Part shown: positions 61,292 to 64,000 of the stretch, piece after piece | Layout of the letters: the number at the start of each line of letters is the position of its first letter | Numbering within the stretch: the stretch's first letter is position 1 | DNA from: Eledone cirrhosa | Taxonomy: Eukaryota | DNA length: 64,000 bases | Assembly: GCA_964016885.1 (NCBI GenBank) | Contig: OZ024740.1 | Location: 241,986,001-242,050,000 of the forward strand | Direction: 5' to 3' | The notes under the pieces: model-generated | What the model was told of the DNA's origin: nothing | Databases searched by the model: none | Seen by the model: only the letters and a program-made list of their open reading frames with translations | Made by a program: the position numbers and the translations under genes

Positions 61292-61398
61292 TAATTCTTA
61301 GCCAGAAAAATATCCTTGTAAAGTGAAGAAATATTAATTTACCCCAAAAAGTAATTATGGTCAACGAAGATATGAGTGGTTCCTCCTCTTCCTCCACA

Positions 61399-62020
61399 TT
61401 CTTCTTCTTCTTCTTCTTCTTCTTCTTCTTCTTCTTCTTCTTCTTCTTCTTCTTCTTCTTCTTCTTCTTCTTCTTCTTCTTCTTCTTCATTTATTCCTGG
61501 AAGGTCATGGAGGCAGATTCCGCAAACACTCCTTCCGCAAACACTCAAACAAGATCCTGCTGTATCCCCAACCGAGACCAGCCAAGCTCATTGATGTTAT
61601 CCAACCATCTGGCTCGGGGTCTACCCCTGTGTCTCCTACCTGTTGGTTTTGCCTGTAAAATCTGTCCAGCGATTCCTCCTGAGACTTTCTAACCACAGGC
61701 CCTTAGTATCGGAGCTGATATATCTGATCTCCGAGCTACGCACTTTATCGAGTAACGTTACTCCAAAAACCCTTCGGAGGAACCTCATTTCGGTCGCTTG
61801 TATTCGCGATCGTATCCTTTCGGACATTACCCAAGATTCGTGACTATAGGTAAGGGTTGGCACGAAAACCGAATCAAAGACAGCGAGTTTGGCTTTTACG
61901 CCTACCTCCCTTCTCCTGATTACTGAATGCGGAAGCTGGCGCATTACTGGACCAGCTCCAGCAATTCTTGCACATGATTCAGCCACCTGCATTCCATCAC
62001 TCGTGATTACGGCCCCGAGA
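61399..62020 (-). mobile_element. RTE-clade LINE 3' end with (GAA)n tail
   Basis: VKAKLAVFDSVFVPTLTYSHESWVMSERIRSRIQATEMRFLRRVFGVTLLDKVRSSEIR. Confidence 0.85.
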
Positions 62021-62266
62021 GTCGTTGCTTCAAAATCAAAATTAATTAAACACATATTGCGTTATACTATGAAGCATCATTTTTATTTGTGGTAACTGCA
62101 GGGTCAACAACAGCACCAATAACAACATAATTCAGTGTTCTCTCAGTATACTAACTAGATAAATAAAAATGCAGTTCAACTAGATAAATAAAAATGCAGT
62201 TCAACCTGCACGCAGCTCAAGACTTCCTTGGACAAACACCGTCTCACCTGCCTCTATTATTTTTAG

Positions 62267-62452
62267 GGCGGTGGATTGGCAGTATTGGGAGAGGGTCGGA
62301 CGCCATGCTTTGACGTATAGAGTTACGGCCCTTGCCATTCTGAGTTCAAATCCGCCCGAGGTTAACTTTACCTTTCATCCTTACGGAGTCGATAACATAA
62401 AGTACCAGTAATGTACTGGGTAATTGCATGCCTTGTGCCTAACGTAGAAACA
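62267..62452 (+). mobile_element. Full-length SINE family S1
   Basis: Head, B-box and conserved core. Confidence 0.85.
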
Positions 62453-62464
62453 ATCATTTTTTGC

Positions 62465-63050
62465 AGCTAAACAGCGGTGTGTGGTTCAATTCGGTGTCGT
62501 TCTCATCAACCGGTACGCTTCTTGGTGATGAATACATTCACATCACCCTGACCTTGCGTCTTAGCGACCATGTGTGAAACCACAGTCGACAAGGTCGGAC
62601 TACATCCGCTCTCTTGTTGCCACAGCCCAACTCAGCTCCCTCAGTACTCCACCTTGAATGACGTCTTCAGAAGGATCCTCAACGCGGCTTGTTTTCCCAA
62701 CACAACTGGAGCCTACTGAACTCAACCGCGTCGACGGCAAGCGCCCAAGCGGGATAATCCTTTGCCCGTTGCAGTGGGTAAATCTCTACTTTTTGATGTC
62801 ATATGCTGTGAGACGTTCTCCAACTCCAACTTTTGTGCTTCGCCCACAAATTCGGGCATAGCCACCTGCACTGCAGAGAAGTGGAAGATATTCAAATACC
62901 GGGACTACCGCTTCCGTTTTGTGCCGTTTTTCTCCACAAAATCGTGAGGAGTACAACAGACAAGATAGTGAAGGTGTTGCCGCGGAGAACAGACAGCAGA
63001 AACTGCTGCACCAACCACTACACATACCACCTAACCAGGGATGCAGAGTC
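62465..63050 (+). mobile_element. Decayed CRE-clade non-LTR element, RLE endonuclease region
   Basis: SGVWFNS..SSTGTLL, VDKVGLHPLSC, EPTELNRVDGKRPSG, GKSLLFDV, AEKWKIFKY...RFVP. Confidence 0.7.
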
Positions 63051-63641
63051 TGCCCCCCACACCCCCACCGCCAGCCACCTACATTTCCATTATTTTTTCC
63101 CTTGTTTATTATGTGAAATATTAATGTAAATAAAGTAATTGTTATTCAGTTCTTAATGTGAAACAGTTAATAAAAGTACATGATAGTCTCTAGGGATTTA
63201 AATGTCATGATTGACAATTTTAGGTTGGGGAAATGATTTCTAAAAAAACTAATGTTTCCGTTAGGTGACCTGAATTTGACCCTGAACGACTGGCAAATAT
63301 ACATTTTTTTCCGCGAAGATCTGATTAGTATTTCAAACACATGGCTAAGATTATTTTAGATGTTTTTACAAATGGAAAAAGAAAAAAATAGGAAAGTGGA
63401 ACACTTGAGGCAGTTGATATGAATCAGGTGGCGGGTTTATAGATCCAATTTGAAAACTTATACTTCTTTAACCACAATCAATTACAGAAATATCCAAGAC
63501 ATCTACTGAGCAGAAGCTTGCTCTAAATAAACTATACAACTCACTGTCATTAAATATTAATTCGAATTATAAATGAAATGAGAGCAAAAATGTCAACGTA
63601 TATTGATATTAAATATTATAAGAACCGATCCGAGAGAAAAT

Positions 63642-63683
63642 ATAAACGCCTGTTTCACATTTCTGTGTGAAACAGGCGGTTAT
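63642..63683. repeat. Short hairpin containing GAAAC on both arms
   Basis: ATAAACGCCTGTTTCACA tttctg TGTGAAACAGGCGGTTAT. Confidence 0.55.
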
Positions 63684-64000
63684 AATAATCTCTAATAAAC
63701 TCGAATGTTACTCTAAGATGTGAATATATTTAAGTACGAGGCTGAATGTTGAATGAGATTACTATTACCGTGTTTCTCACAACCGTGTATCATTGGTTCT
63801 ATTGTTACTGACTCTTGACGAATGAGATTTAAAATTAGAAACCGACGGGTTTTATATAAGAATTTAAGTGGACGAAAATATTTACCCTGATGTATTTGCA
63901 TCGGTACTACACTATTTTAGCCATCACCACCATTCTCCCTTTCTTTATTATGTTATATTATTGATTAACCCAAGACAGACAGACCTATGATCAAAAGCCT

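Overview
AT-rich, microsatellite-saturated eukaryotic non-coding DNA. The dense (TA)n/(CA)n/(CATA)n tracts and the SINE/RTE/Penelope mix look like a cephalopod (octopus-like) genome; this is inference only. I find no convincing host gene, and nearly all listed ORFs are microsatellite artefacts. The window is a mosaic of decayed mobile elements: RTE-clade LINEs and RTE-derived non-autonomous elements, Tx1/L1-, R4/Dong-, CRE- and CR1-like fragments, tRNA-head SINEs, mariner derivatives and two GIY-YIG Penelope-like (PLE) 3' ends. The most notable signal is about 20 type I hammerhead-ribozyme motifs (CTGANGA...GAAAC...GTH; some decayed, count includes mirror copies) from roughly 10 unrelated sequence families. 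They sit in (TA)n-flanked elements that often form head-to-head fold-back palindromes of 130 bp to 2.2 kb, and the arms co-vary within each locus. One hammerhead family lies directly downstream of a PLE GIY-YIG ORF, which ties the system to Penelope-like retroelements. Other points of interest: a twin-priming-type inversion, LINE/non-autonomous tail sharing, a 57-bp minisatellite and a local inverted duplication. All structures were read by eye and coordinates of decayed elements are approximate.
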